Positions 29,795 to 39,109 of a stretch of DNA of 64,000 nucleotides are shown here, one piece after another. Source of the DNA: an uncultured Chlamydiae bacterium (lineage in GTDB: Bacteria > Chlamydiota > Chlamydiia > Chlamydiales > Parachlamydiaceae). How positions within the stretch are numbered: the first letter of the stretch is position 1; every line of letters starts with the position of its first letter. Both the position numbers and the translations under genes were made by a program. A model generated the notes under the pieces. It saw only the letters and a program-made list of their open reading frames with translations. It had not been told where the DNA came from and ran no database searches. The DNA lies in contig CAWHMU010000045.1 of NCBI GenBank assembly GCA_963830365.1, positions 64,001 to 128,000 on the forward strand, read 5' to 3'.

Positions 29795-30181
29795 GGTTCA
29801 TCCGCCAAATCGGTGCTTAAAAAACGGTTTTTTTAGCCGACTGGTTTTCAGCAGCGCAGCGGCAATAGCATGTAGGCCCATGCGTTAGCTTGGGGTTAAG
29901 TCAATTTAAGACGAAAGTTCCGGACGGGGCGACAGACTACGATTACTAGCCGAATCACAAAAGCGATCTTTAGGCTACTACACAACTTTTCTCCTACAAA
30001 GAGAGTGGCCGAAGTCTGCCGCCGTTTCACGACTCCATATTCTGATTTAGTTTACCCCAAGCTAACGCATGGGGCTACATGCTTGCGCCTCTTCGAGGTT
30101 AAAGGGCAATATTTTAAGACTGAGGTTGTGGACAAGATAAAAAATAAAGAACAAACAAAGCATTCATTTGCCGGATGAACC
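29795..30181. mobile_element. ISL3-end MITE-like element with internal nested palindrome
   Basis: Ends GGTTCATCCGCCAAAT and CATTTGCCGGATGAACC resemble the ISL3 IR; internal GCATGTAG..CCATGCGTTAGCTTGGGGT arm pair. Confidence 0.8.
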
Positions 30182-30186
30182 TTTTT

Positions 30187-30349
30187 GGTTCATCCAGCAA
30201 ATGTGCGCATCACTTCAATGGCTTTCAGCCTTAAGCAGCAGATGAATGCACGCTTATGTGCATTTTCTAGCCTTAAGTGTTCATACACCAGGCCTTCGCG
30301 CTGCAGCCTTGGCTTTTCAGTTGTAATGCATCCATTTGCCGGATGAGCC
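30187..30349. mobile_element. Second ISL3-end MITE-like element, 5 bp from the first
   Basis: Ends GGTTCATCCAGCAAATG and CATTTGCCGGATGAGCC. Confidence 0.78.
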
Positions 30350-30476
30350 TAGATTTTTGTGTATATATTTAAAAAATGTAATTTACTATAAGCTGACCTA
30401 TAAGTCCGCACTGGAAATAGGGGATTCAAAAAAAGAAACCAGGCTATGTGAAAAATAACGAGCTAGAGGAAACGCT

Positions 30477-32975
30477 ATGAATCCACACGATATAGACCCA
30501 AGTGCAAGTATAAAAGGATATGATTCTTTAATGGATCTAGCTTTGAACCTACGCTCGTATTGGAATCATAGCACGGACGCGATATGGTACCAGCTCGATC
30601 CGGAATTATGGGAATTAACGCGTAACCCATGGGCTATTTTGCAGACTGTATCAAGCGAAAAACTCACGGCGCTTTTGGCCGATCAAAAATTTAGCAGTCT
30701 TATCAACGGCCTCGTAAAAGCCAGAAAAGACGCTCTGAATGCGCCCACTTGGTTTCAGGAAAATCACGCTAATTCCCCTCTCACTTGCATCGCCTATTTC
30801 AGCATGGAATTTATGTTAAGCGAGGCGCTGCCCATCTATTCCGGCGGCCTCGGAAATGTAGCCGGCGATCAGCTTAAAACGGCAAGCGATCTTGGCGTGC
30901 CGGTCATCGCCATCGGATTGCTTTACAGCCAGGGCTATTTCCGACAATTCATCGATAAAAACGGCGAGCAACAGGAACTCTATCCCTACAATGACCCGGG
31001 GCAATTACCCATCAGACCTTTGCGCTTGCCGAATGGGGAATGGCTGCGCTTGAAAATCGATTTGCCTGGCTGGTCGCTTTGGCTGCGTGCGTGGGAAGTC
31101 AAAGTGGGCAGAAGAAAGCTTTATTTATTGGATAGCAATGACATAGCTAATATTCCTGCTCATAGAGGCATAACCAGTGAACTTTACGGCGGCGACAGCG
31201 AGCTGCGCTTAAAACAAGAATTGATTTTAGGCATTGGTGGATGGCATCTGCTTGAAGCCCTTGGCATACAACCAGAAATCTGTCATATGAATGAGGGGCA
31301 CGCGGCTTTTGTTGTATTGGAACGCGCTTTCAGCTTTATGAAAAAGGCGAAGCAACCTTTCGAAGTGGCTTTGGCTGCCACTAGGATAGGTAATCTCTTT
31401 ACCACCCATACGGCAGTAGCTGCTGGGTTTGATCGATTTCCTCCTGATCTCATTGTGAAATATCTGGGAAAGTATGCCCAAACAAAGCTGGGCATTTCGC
31501 TTGAGGAGTTGCTTGCCCTGGGCAGGTTAAACACGAATGAAGATTTCAACATGGCTTATTTGGCTATCCGTGGAAGCGGTTCTGTCAATGGCGTTAGTCA
31601 ACTGCATGGCGTCGTAAGCCGGCAGCTGTTTGAAGATTTATACCCTCGATGGCCTGAAGGAGAAATTCCGGTCAAATTTGTCACAAATGGAGTTCACATG
31701 CCGAGTTGGGACTCTTCACTTTCTGATATTCTTTGGACCGAGGCTTGTGGAAAAGGGCGCTGGCTTGGAAAGACAGAGGAGCTAGAGAAGAAAATCCGCG
31801 CTGTGCCGGATACGAAAATTTGGCACATGCGCAACCTGTCGAGGAGCCATCTGATTGATCATGCTCGCACTCGGCTAGACAGGCAGTTGGCAGCTAGGGG
31901 TGCCGCTGAAGAAGTTATTGAGAAATCAAAATATTTTTTAAATCCCGATACCTTGACCTTAGGCTTTGCACGCCGTTTTGCAGCCTACAAAAGGCCCGAT
32001 TTGCTTCTTCACGATGAAGATCGCCTCATCCGTATACTTACAAATAAGGATCGCCCGGTGCAGCTCATCATTGCAGGCAAGGCCCATCCGGCAGATAGCG
32101 AAGGGCACGCGCTGATAAAAAAATGGATGAATTTTATTTCCAGACCTGAGGCGCGTCCGCATGTGATCTTCCTAAGCGATGACGACATGATTTTAACAGA
32201 ACATCTAGTGCAGGGCGTTGATTTGTGGATCAATACTCCTCGGAGGCCTTGGGAAGCATGCGGAACGAGCGGGATGAAAGTGCTCGTCAATGGAGGACTG
32301 AACCTCTCGGAACTGGATGGTTGGTGGGCGGAAGCTTATGTTCCTGAAGTCGGTTGGGCATTGGGAGATGGCAAGGAACATGGCGATGATCCCATTTGGG
32401 ATAAAGCAGAGGCAAACTCTCTTTACGAATTACTGGAAAGAGATGTAATTCCAGAATTTTATACGCGGGATGATAGAAAGATTCCTACTGCCTGGATAGC
32501 AAAGATCCGCGAGAGCATGGCTCGGTTGACACCCCATTTTTCTGCTAACCGTGCAGTGCGCGAATACACGGAGAGATTCTATCTTCCGTTAGCGGCAGGC
32601 TATCGAAAGCGAGCTGAAAATAACGGCGCCTTAGCGAAACAAATAGCCGATTGGAAGCTCTCTCTTAAAGAGAATTGGGGCAAGGTGGGATTTGGCGAAT
32701 TAAAAATAGAATCCGGTAACAGTCAGCAGCGGTTTGAGATTCAGGTCTATCTCAATAATTTGGATCGTCACTCTATAAAAGTGGAGCTTTACTCAGCAGC
32801 CATGACAAAAGAAATGGAATATCTGGGCCAGATTCCAAATTCTCAGAATGGGCATATGTATCGCGTGGAAGTTTCAGCTGAGCATCAGGCCTCCAGCTTC
32901 ACTCCGCGAATCATCCCGGATTATCCAGGCGTGGCTATTCCTCTTGAATCGAATCAAATCTTATGGCAAAGGTGA
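30477..32975 (+). CDS. glgP: Alpha-glucan (glycogen) phosphorylase
   Basis: AYFSMEF, YSGGLG, HMNEGH, GFARRFAAYKR, EACGTSGMK (PLP lysine). Confidence 0.97.
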   Translation: MNPHDIDPSASIKGYDSLMDLALNLRSYWNHSTDAIWYQLDPELWELTRNPWAILQTVSSEKLTALLADQKFSSLINGLVKARKDALNAPTWFQENHANSPLTCIAYFSMEFMLSEALPIYSGGLGNVAGDQLKTASDLGVPVIAIGLLYSQGYFRQFIDKNGEQQELYPYNDPGQLPIRPLRLPNGEWLRLKIDLPGWSLWLRAWEVKVGRRKLYLLDSNDIANIPAHRGITSELYGGDSELRLKQELILGIGGWHLLEALGIQPEICHMNEGHAAFVVLERAFSFMKKAKQPFEVALAATRIGNLFTTHTAVAAGFDRFPPDLIVKYLGKYAQTKLGISLEELLALGRLNTNEDFNMAYLAIRGSGSVNGVSQLHGVVSRQLFEDLYPRWPEGEIPVKFVTNGVHMPSWDSSLSDILWTEACGKGRWLGKTEELEKKIRAVPDTKIWHMRNLSRSHLIDHARTRLDRQLAARGAAEEVIEKSKYFLNPDTLTLGFARRFAAYKRPDLLLHDEDRLIRILTNKDRPVQLIIAGKAHPADSEGHALIKKWMNFISRPEARPHVIFLSDDDMILTEHLVQGVDLWINTPRRPWEACGTSGMKVLVNGGLNLSELDGWWAEAYVPEVGWALGDGKEHGDDPIWDKAEANSLYELLERDVIPEFYTRDDRKIPTAWIAKIRESMARLTPHFSANRAVREYTERFYLPLAAGYRKRAENNGALAKQIADWKLSLKENWGKVGFGELKIESGNSQQRFEIQVYLNNLDRHSIKVELYSAAMTKEMEYLGQIPNSQNGHMYRVEVSAEHQASSFTPRIIPDYPGVAIPLESNQILWQR

Positions 32976-32980
32976 ACATA

Positions 32981-34627
32981 ATGAAGATAAGCCCCCTTGC
33001 AGGAAAACCGCCCCCACCGTCAATACTAGTTGATGTGCCGAATCTGATTGAAGCTTATTATACCGGAATTCCAGATCCGTCCATTCCGGCCCAGCAAGTT
33101 GCATTTGGCACCTCAGGACATCGCGGTTCTTCCTTCGATAAGAGTTTCAACGAAAACCACATTCTAGCGATTAGTCAAGCGATCTGTTTATACCGAATGC
33201 AGCAGAAAATCGATGGCCCCTTATTTCTTGGGATGGATACGCATGCCCTTTCCTTGCCAGCTCTAAAAAGTGCCCTTGAAGTCCTGGCAGCAAATGGAGT
33301 GACGGTGATGCTATCTGTGGATGATGAATATACTCCGACCCCAGCTATTTCCCATGCTATTCTCACATATAACCGCGGACGCAAGAGCCAGCTTGCCGAT
33401 GGCATTGTTGTTACCCCATCACATAATCCCCCATCCGAAGGCGGCTTTAAATACAATCCTCCAAATGGAGGCCCAGCTGAACCTTTAATCACAAATTGGA
33501 TTCAAGACAAAGCCAACGAGTTTCTCAAAAATAAAATGTCGGGCATCAAGCGAATTCCATACGAAAAGGCGGTGTATGCTTCTACCACGAAGAGGCATAA
33601 TTATCTTAAAGCTTATGTTGCCGATCTTGCCAATGTGATCGACATGGAAGCCATTCGCCAATCACAGATCCACATTGGCGTGGATCCGCTTGGCGGTGCT
33701 GGAGTCCATTATTGGAAACCGATAGCAGATATGTATGGGATCAACCTCACGATTGTCAACGAAACAGTCGATCCCACCTTTCGCTTTATGACGGTCGATT
33801 GGGACGGAAAAATTCGTATGGATCCTTCCTCTCCTTATGCGATGCAAGGTTTGATCGGTATGAAAGACCATTTTGATATTGCATTTGCCTGCGATACCGA
33901 TTACGACAGGCATGGAATCGTCACCAAAAGTGCGGGTTTGCTTCCCCCGAATCATTATCTTTCTGCCGCTATCCTATACCTTTTTCAACATCGGCCTAAG
34001 TGGCATAAGAACGCGGCTGTAGGAAAAACTCTTGTTAGCAGCCAGATGATCGACCGCGTGACGAAAAAACTGGGACGAAAACTTTATGAAGTTCCTGTTG
34101 GTTTTAAATGGTTCGTGGATGGCTTGCTGGATGGTTCTCTCGGCTTCGGAGGCGAAGAGAGCGCTGGCGCTTCGTTTGCTCGTTTGGACGGCAGCGTATG
34201 GACGACGGATAAAGATGGAATTATTTTGGCCTTACTTTCCGCAGAAATTACCGCCAAGCTTGGCAGGGATCCTGGAGAACTCTACCAGGATTTAATTCAT
34301 GAATTTGGAGATCCTGCATATAACCGAGTTGAAGCTCCGGCTACGCCGGCGCAAAAAAAGATCTTAAAGAATCTATCCCCAGAGAATGTCCACTCTAAGC
34401 AGTTAGCAGGCGAAGAGATCTCGGCCATTTTAACAAAAGCCCCGGGAAATGGAGCTCCTATCGGAGGGGTAAAAGTGATCGCTGAGAATGGCTGGTTTGC
34501 AGCCCGCCCATCAGGTACCGAAGATATCTATAAAATATATGGAGAAAGTTTCCTGGGAGCGGAACATTTGGAGCGCATTCTGAAAGAGGCTCAAACAATA
34601 GTCAATGCCGCATTAGGTAGTCGCTAG
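32981..34627 (+). CDS. pgm: Phosphoglucomutase (alpha-D-glucose-1,6-bisphosphate dependent)
   Basis: FGTSGHRG, TPSHNPP, DTDYDRHG, GEESAG, ARPSGTE; start could instead be 32963. Confidence 0.97.
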   Translation: MKISPLAGKPPPPSILVDVPNLIEAYYTGIPDPSIPAQQVAFGTSGHRGSSFDKSFNENHILAISQAICLYRMQQKIDGPLFLGMDTHALSLPALKSALEVLAANGVTVMLSVDDEYTPTPAISHAILTYNRGRKSQLADGIVVTPSHNPPSEGGFKYNPPNGGPAEPLITNWIQDKANEFLKNKMSGIKRIPYEKAVYASTTKRHNYLKAYVADLANVIDMEAIRQSQIHIGVDPLGGAGVHYWKPIADMYGINLTIVNETVDPTFRFMTVDWDGKIRMDPSSPYAMQGLIGMKDHFDIAFACDTDYDRHGIVTKSAGLLPPNHYLSAAILYLFQHRPKWHKNAAVGKTLVSSQMIDRVTKKLGRKLYEVPVGFKWFVDGLLDGSLGFGGEESAGASFARLDGSVWTTDKDGIILALLSAEITAKLGRDPGELYQDLIHEFGDPAYNRVEAPATPAQKKILKNLSPENVHSKQLAGEEISAILTKAPGNGAPIGGVKVIAENGWFAARPSGTEDIYKIYGESFLGAEHLERILKEAQTIVNAALGSR

Positions 34628-34787
34628 TTTCGGTAAGTCATTTTTTTGGCTTATTTCATTTATTTTCAGCCATCGCTTGACTCTAACGTTATACTGATGG
34701 CATCCTTTTATTCCTTTGGAATATAAGTTCATGCAGTCAGGGGCCCGGCAGAGTTTCGATGGATTTTTAATGCAATGAAGGATCAAT

Positions 34788-35228
34788 ATGGACAAAATAA
34801 GGCAGCAAAATCAAGCCAAGTTCTTGGCTATCAGGAAATTAAATTTGCCGGTCGGCGCCTATGCCATCACCGCCAGCGGTGTGCTGGGGATTCGGAATCT
34901 GAGAGCCATTGGGGATATCGATATTATTGTCACGCAGCCATTATGGGAGGCCTTGACGGCTGAATATGGCATAACGGATAGCCATGGAGTACAGAAAATC
35001 GTTTTTCCGGATGGTATTGTGGAAGCCTTTCGCGAAGGCTCATTTCATTGCTCGCCAGCAGGTGAAAATGCTCCAAATATGGCCGATCGCATCGCCAAGG
35101 CCGAAATAATCGACGGACTACCATTTGATGCCCTTGAAAATGTTCTTTACTATAAGCGGAAGATGGGCAGAGACAAAGACTTAAAGGACATGCTGCTCAT
35201 TAAGCAATGGCTGGAAATGCAAAATTAG
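34788..35228 (+). CDS. Hypothetical protein, possible minimal nucleotidyltransferase fold
   Basis: ASG.L...R..GDIDIIV (GS/DxD-like) and C-terminal GRDKDLKD. Confidence 0.65.
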   Translation: MDKIRQQNQAKFLAIRKLNLPVGAYAITASGVLGIRNLRAIGDIDIIVTQPLWEALTAEYGITDSHGVQKIVFPDGIVEAFREGSFHCSPAGENAPNMADRIAKAEIIDGLPFDALENVLYYKRKMGRDKDLKDMLLIKQWLEMQN

Positions 35229-35381
35229 TGACTTATCGCAAATTGACGGGTGTGTATATCGTTTTTAAATAGGGCAGCGGGCAGCGGCTTCACAAGAAAA
35301 TGAGGAAATGATTAAACGCCTTTATCTTTAATGCTTAATCTTTTATCCTTTAACTTTTAATCTTTATAAGTATTTATTTCT

Positions 35382-36134
35382 ATGAACTTTGCAGTAGACG
35401 GTAAGCATCGGGATTTCTTTCGCACGCAGCGTTGGATTGAGTTTGAAGGATTGCTTTCTTCAGCTCAACGCGAGCTGATGCTTAAGGAGATTGATGCTGT
35501 GTTGGCAGCGCGCCTAAAAACTTCGACCGCACATCTTCAAAAGCTTTCTATGGATAAAATCTTTGCCGCCGGACACGATCTGTGGCGGGGAGCTGCCGTG
35601 TTGAAAAAGAATATCCTGAGCAGAAGCCTTGCCGAGGCGGCAGCAGAATTGATCGAGCATAAGCCGTTGCGTTTCGGCTATGACATGCTTTTGCCCATGA
35701 CGACAGCTGCCATCGCCGCGCAAAGTACTTACGCCGCGCTGTTAGGCCAAACACCGGCCTTGCAGGATATCTGCTGCATTCAGGGCGCACTTTGCGGCCT
35801 GATGCTTTGTCTTAAAGCGGAGCCACAGCCAGCCCTTGACGAGGTTGTTCCCGCGGCGGCTATTTCTGAGGACACACTTTCAGGGGAGGTCGCTGCTTCG
35901 ACGTTGTTTTCGCTGACGGCCGGCCATGGAGTGATCTTCGCAGCCGACGTGCCTATTAATTTTGCCGAGCTGACCAAACGGCAAGGTTATGTTTATCTGA
36001 TGCTCGTCTATACGCAAGCCAAAGCCGTTTACCGGATGCAGCCTGATGATCCGCATGCCTATGATTTTAAGCAGCTGGGTTATAATTTCGGCGACAGGCT
36101 GACCGATAATCTCAACCCCATCGTTTATGCCTAA
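35382..36134 (+). CDS. Conserved hypothetical protein upstream of the lipoate ligase-family gene
   Basis: 250-aa ORF overlapping the next gene by 8 bp. Confidence 0.75.
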   Translation: MNFAVDGKHRDFFRTQRWIEFEGLLSSAQRELMLKEIDAVLAARLKTSTAHLQKLSMDKIFAAGHDLWRGAAVLKKNILSRSLAEAAAELIEHKPLRFGYDMLLPMTTAAIAAQSTYAALLGQTPALQDICCIQGALCGLMLCLKAEPQPALDEVVPAAAISEDTLSGEVAASTLFSLTAGHGVIFAADVPINFAELTKRQGYVYLMLVYTQAKAVYRMQPDDPHAYDFKQLGYNFGDRLTDNLNPIVYA

Positions 36135-36864
36135 GCCAGGCCGATGGCGGCTGCTTGATACCGGCCTTGGCAGTGCCGAAGAGAATATGGCGCTGGATGT
36201 CAAGCTGCTGGAAGATCTTGCGACCACACCATCCGACCATGCCGTGTTGCATCTGTATGACTGGGAAGGTATGTGCGCCACGTATGGCTATTTCATTGAT
36301 CCTGATACGTTATTGTGCCGGCAGGCTGTGGCCAAACGCGGTTTGCAGCTGGCCAGGCGCCCGACGGGCGGCGGCATCATCTTCCATGTGGCAGACCTAG
36401 CTTTCTCCGTATTAGTACCGGCCGGACATCCCGGCTATTCCGTCAATACCCTCGATAACTATGCCTATATCAATGCCCTCGTTGTGCGGGTGGTGAAAAG
36501 CTTCAGCGGCGAAAATGCTGATCTTTTTCTATTGCCGGCAGAACCCGTGCCGCTGGATGCCCACGCCCGCCATTTCTGCATGGCGAAGCCTACCAAATAT
36601 GATGTGATGCTTAGCGGCCGTAAGGTCGGTGGCGGGGCGCAGCGGCGCACGCGGCACGGCTTCTTGCATCAAGGTACGATATCACTGGCCTTGCCCGACG
36701 AGCAGCTGTTGCAAGAGGTGCTGCTGCCGGGCACCGCGGTGCTGGCAGCCATGCGCCTAAACACCTGCGCCTTGCTTTGCGGCACCCCCTCAGCCCAAGC
36801 CATCAGTGAGGCGCGGCAATCGCTTAAGGACATCTTCCAAAATCAGCTGAAAGACAGCTTCTAG
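36127..36864 (+). CDS. Lipoate-protein ligase A family protein
   Basis: ENMALD, RRPTGGG, RKVGGGAQRR, LHQGTI. Confidence 0.9.
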   Translation: MPKPGRWRLLDTGLGSAEENMALDVKLLEDLATTPSDHAVLHLYDWEGMCATYGYFIDPDTLLCRQAVAKRGLQLARRPTGGGIIFHVADLAFSVLVPAGHPGYSVNTLDNYAYINALVVRVVKSFSGENADLFLLPAEPVPLDAHARHFCMAKPTKYDVMLSGRKVGGGAQRRTRHGFLHQGTISLALPDEQLLQEVLLPGTAVLAAMRLNTCALLCGTPSAQAISEARQSLKDIFQNQLKDSF

Positions 36865-38567
36865 TTTTTTTGCTTAGCATAGCCCAAAGCCGCATCAAGA
36901 TGGGGGAAGATATGCTGCTGGCCTACGGCGGCAGAGATGCCGGTATCTGCCAGCAGGCTGGCAAGAGGGTCTCTGATGCCGGAAAGCAGCAGGGTGATGT
37001 TCTTTTGCCGGCAGGCGGCAATGAAATCGTTAAGGGCTTTGATGCCTGAGGCGTCGATGGCCGAGACTTTGCGCATCCTGAGAATGAAGATTTTCGGCAT
37101 CACGGCCATTTGGCGCCATTGCTCGTTAAGCAGGTCGGACACGCCAAAAAAGAACGGCCCATTGATTTCAAAGACTGTGGTGTCCGGCGGCACATCCTTT
37201 CTAAAGATCAGGTCCGAATCGTGCGCGCCGGGATGTTCATGGGCGTTTTCTTCGAGCAGGATCTGGCAAATATTAACGGTGGTGGTATCAGACATGCGTT
37301 TTACAAAAAGCACCGCCGCAAGTAAAACGCCAATTTGCACGGCTACGGTAAGATCGACCAGCACGGTCAGCAGGAAGGTGGTGATTAAAACTAAGGCATC
37401 GCTACGCTGTCCTTTAAGGATGGAAAAAAAATGATCCAGTTCACTCATATTCCAGGCTACAAAGATTAGCACGGCAGCTAAAGCGGGCAGAGGGATTTTT
37501 GCCGCTGCCGGCGCCAGCAGCAGCATTACCAGCAAGAGGGTGATGGCATGGATCATGCCCGCCAGTGGCGTTTTAGCCCCCAGCTTGATATTGGCGGCCG
37601 TGCGCGCAATAGCGCCGGTGGCGGGGATGCCGCCAAAAAGAATCGAACCTATATTTGCCAGTCCCTGGGCGATAAGCTCGCAATTGGACCTGTGGCGGTG
37701 GCCTGTCATGCCGTCCGCGACAAGCGCCGACAGTAGCGATTCGATGGCCCCCAGCAGGGCAATCGTAATGGCATCGGGGAAAACAGCCCGCACCTGTTCA
37801 AGAGAAAAGGTGGGGAAGCCAGGACTTGGCACGGTGCTGGGAATGCCGCCAAACTTCGACTGGATGGTTTGTATTGGCAGGTCGAATAGCATGCTTGCCA
37901 GTGTGGCGATGATGATGGCGATGATGACGTTTGGCCATCTAGGCTTGAGCCAACGCAGAAAGAAGATTAGAAATAATGTGGCCGCAGCCAGCCCTGACGA
38001 CCAAAGGTTGCAGGTGAAGGCTGACTCGATGTATAGCGTCCATTTCTCAATAAAATCCGCCGGCACGGTCTCGATGCATAATCCAAAGAAATCCTTGATT
38101 TGCGATGAGAAGATGGCGACGGCGATGCCCGTCGTAAAACCTATGGTCACCGGATAGGGAATGAATTTAAGGAAGACGCCAAAGCGTGCCAAACCCATCA
38201 GGATCATCATGGCCCCGCCCAGCACTGTGGCAATGGCCAGACCTTCATACCCATGCCGTTGCACGATATCAAAGACGATGACGATGAAGGCGCCTGTCGG
38301 GCCGCCGATCTGCACGCGGCTGCCTCCAAGCAGTGATATCAGAAAGCCTGCGAAGATGGCCGTATAAATGCCCCGTTCAGGCGTAAGGCCCGAGCCGATG
38401 GCAAAGGCTATAGCCAGCGGCAGGGCGATCAGTCCTACCGTGACGCCGGCGCGCAGGTCATCCCAAAACATCTTGCGCGTGTAGCCTTCGCGCCAGCATA
38501 CGATGCTCATCGGCACAAGGTCTTTAAAGAAAGCAGATAGTTTGGAAAGCAGTTCAGACATAGTCAC
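36861..38567 (-). CDS. SulP/SLC26 anion transporter with STAS domain
   Basis: ALPLAIAFAI, GGSRVQIGGPTGAF, GAIESLLSA, GPFFFG, IDASG. Confidence 0.95.
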   Translation of the reverse strand: MTMSELLSKLSAFFKDLVPMSIVCWREGYTRKMFWDDLRAGVTVGLIALPLAIAFAIGSGLTPERGIYTAIFAGFLISLLGGSRVQIGGPTGAFIVIVFDIVQRHGYEGLAIATVLGGAMMILMGLARFGVFLKFIPYPVTIGFTTGIAVAIFSSQIKDFFGLCIETVPADFIEKWTLYIESAFTCNLWSSGLAAATLFLIFFLRWLKPRWPNVIIAIIIATLASMLFDLPIQTIQSKFGGIPSTVPSPGFPTFSLEQVRAVFPDAITIALLGAIESLLSALVADGMTGHRHRSNCELIAQGLANIGSILFGGIPATGAIARTAANIKLGAKTPLAGMIHAITLLLVMLLLAPAAAKIPLPALAAVLIFVAWNMSELDHFFSILKGQRSDALVLITTFLLTVLVDLTVAVQIGVLLAAVLFVKRMSDTTTVNICQILLEENAHEHPGAHDSDLIFRKDVPPDTTVFEINGPFFFGVSDLLNEQWRQMAVMPKIFILRMRKVSAIDASGIKALNDFIAACRQKNITLLLSGIRDPLASLLADTGISAAVGQQHIFPHLDAALGYAKQKN

Positions 38568-38769
38568 CTACCAGACAAAAATAATATTCCCAAGCGGATC
38601 AATAGTCAAGAGAGTTTGATTTTCCAAAAGAAATTAACACAAATAAGCCGGCGCGCGGTATTAGAAATTCCATAAGAATGTAGCCCAAGCTTTAGTCTGC
38701 GCTACATAATTAAGTCTAAGAGCATGCCTGCTGTGTTGATCCTGACTATCCTGCCATCCTGCTATTTTC

Positions 38770-39008
38770 GGTTCATCGCACAAACGAGTGGTTGACAGAG
38801 ATGAGCGCTCAAGAACTCACGACGTGAAAGGACTTTGAGGATTGGGGTCTGGCTTGTGATTTGTGATTTGAAAGTCCTAAATGCATTAGAAAGCCCGACG
38901 CCTTTCAAATCGCAAATCGCAAGCCTGACCTCAAACCGTTCAGCCAAAGCTTACATGATGAGTTTTTGAGATGTTAGCTCTGTCAACCACTCATTTGTGT
39001 GATGACCC
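38770..39008. mobile_element. ISL3-end MITE with 8-bp target-site duplication
   Basis: ~30-bp terminal IRs (GGTTCATCGCACAAACGAGTGGTTGACAGAG); CTATTTTC at 38762-38769 and 39009-39016; inner IR GGCTTGTGATTTGTGATTTGAAAG / CTTTCAAATCGCAAATCGCAAGCC. Confidence 0.88.
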
Positions 39009-39109
39009 CTATTTTCTTTTGCAGCTTGTTCCCATTGTGCCTCTGCGTCTTCGCGTCTCTGCGTTGAATCGCGTTCACAGGTTATGGAGCAAGTACAATG
39101 AATCACTTT

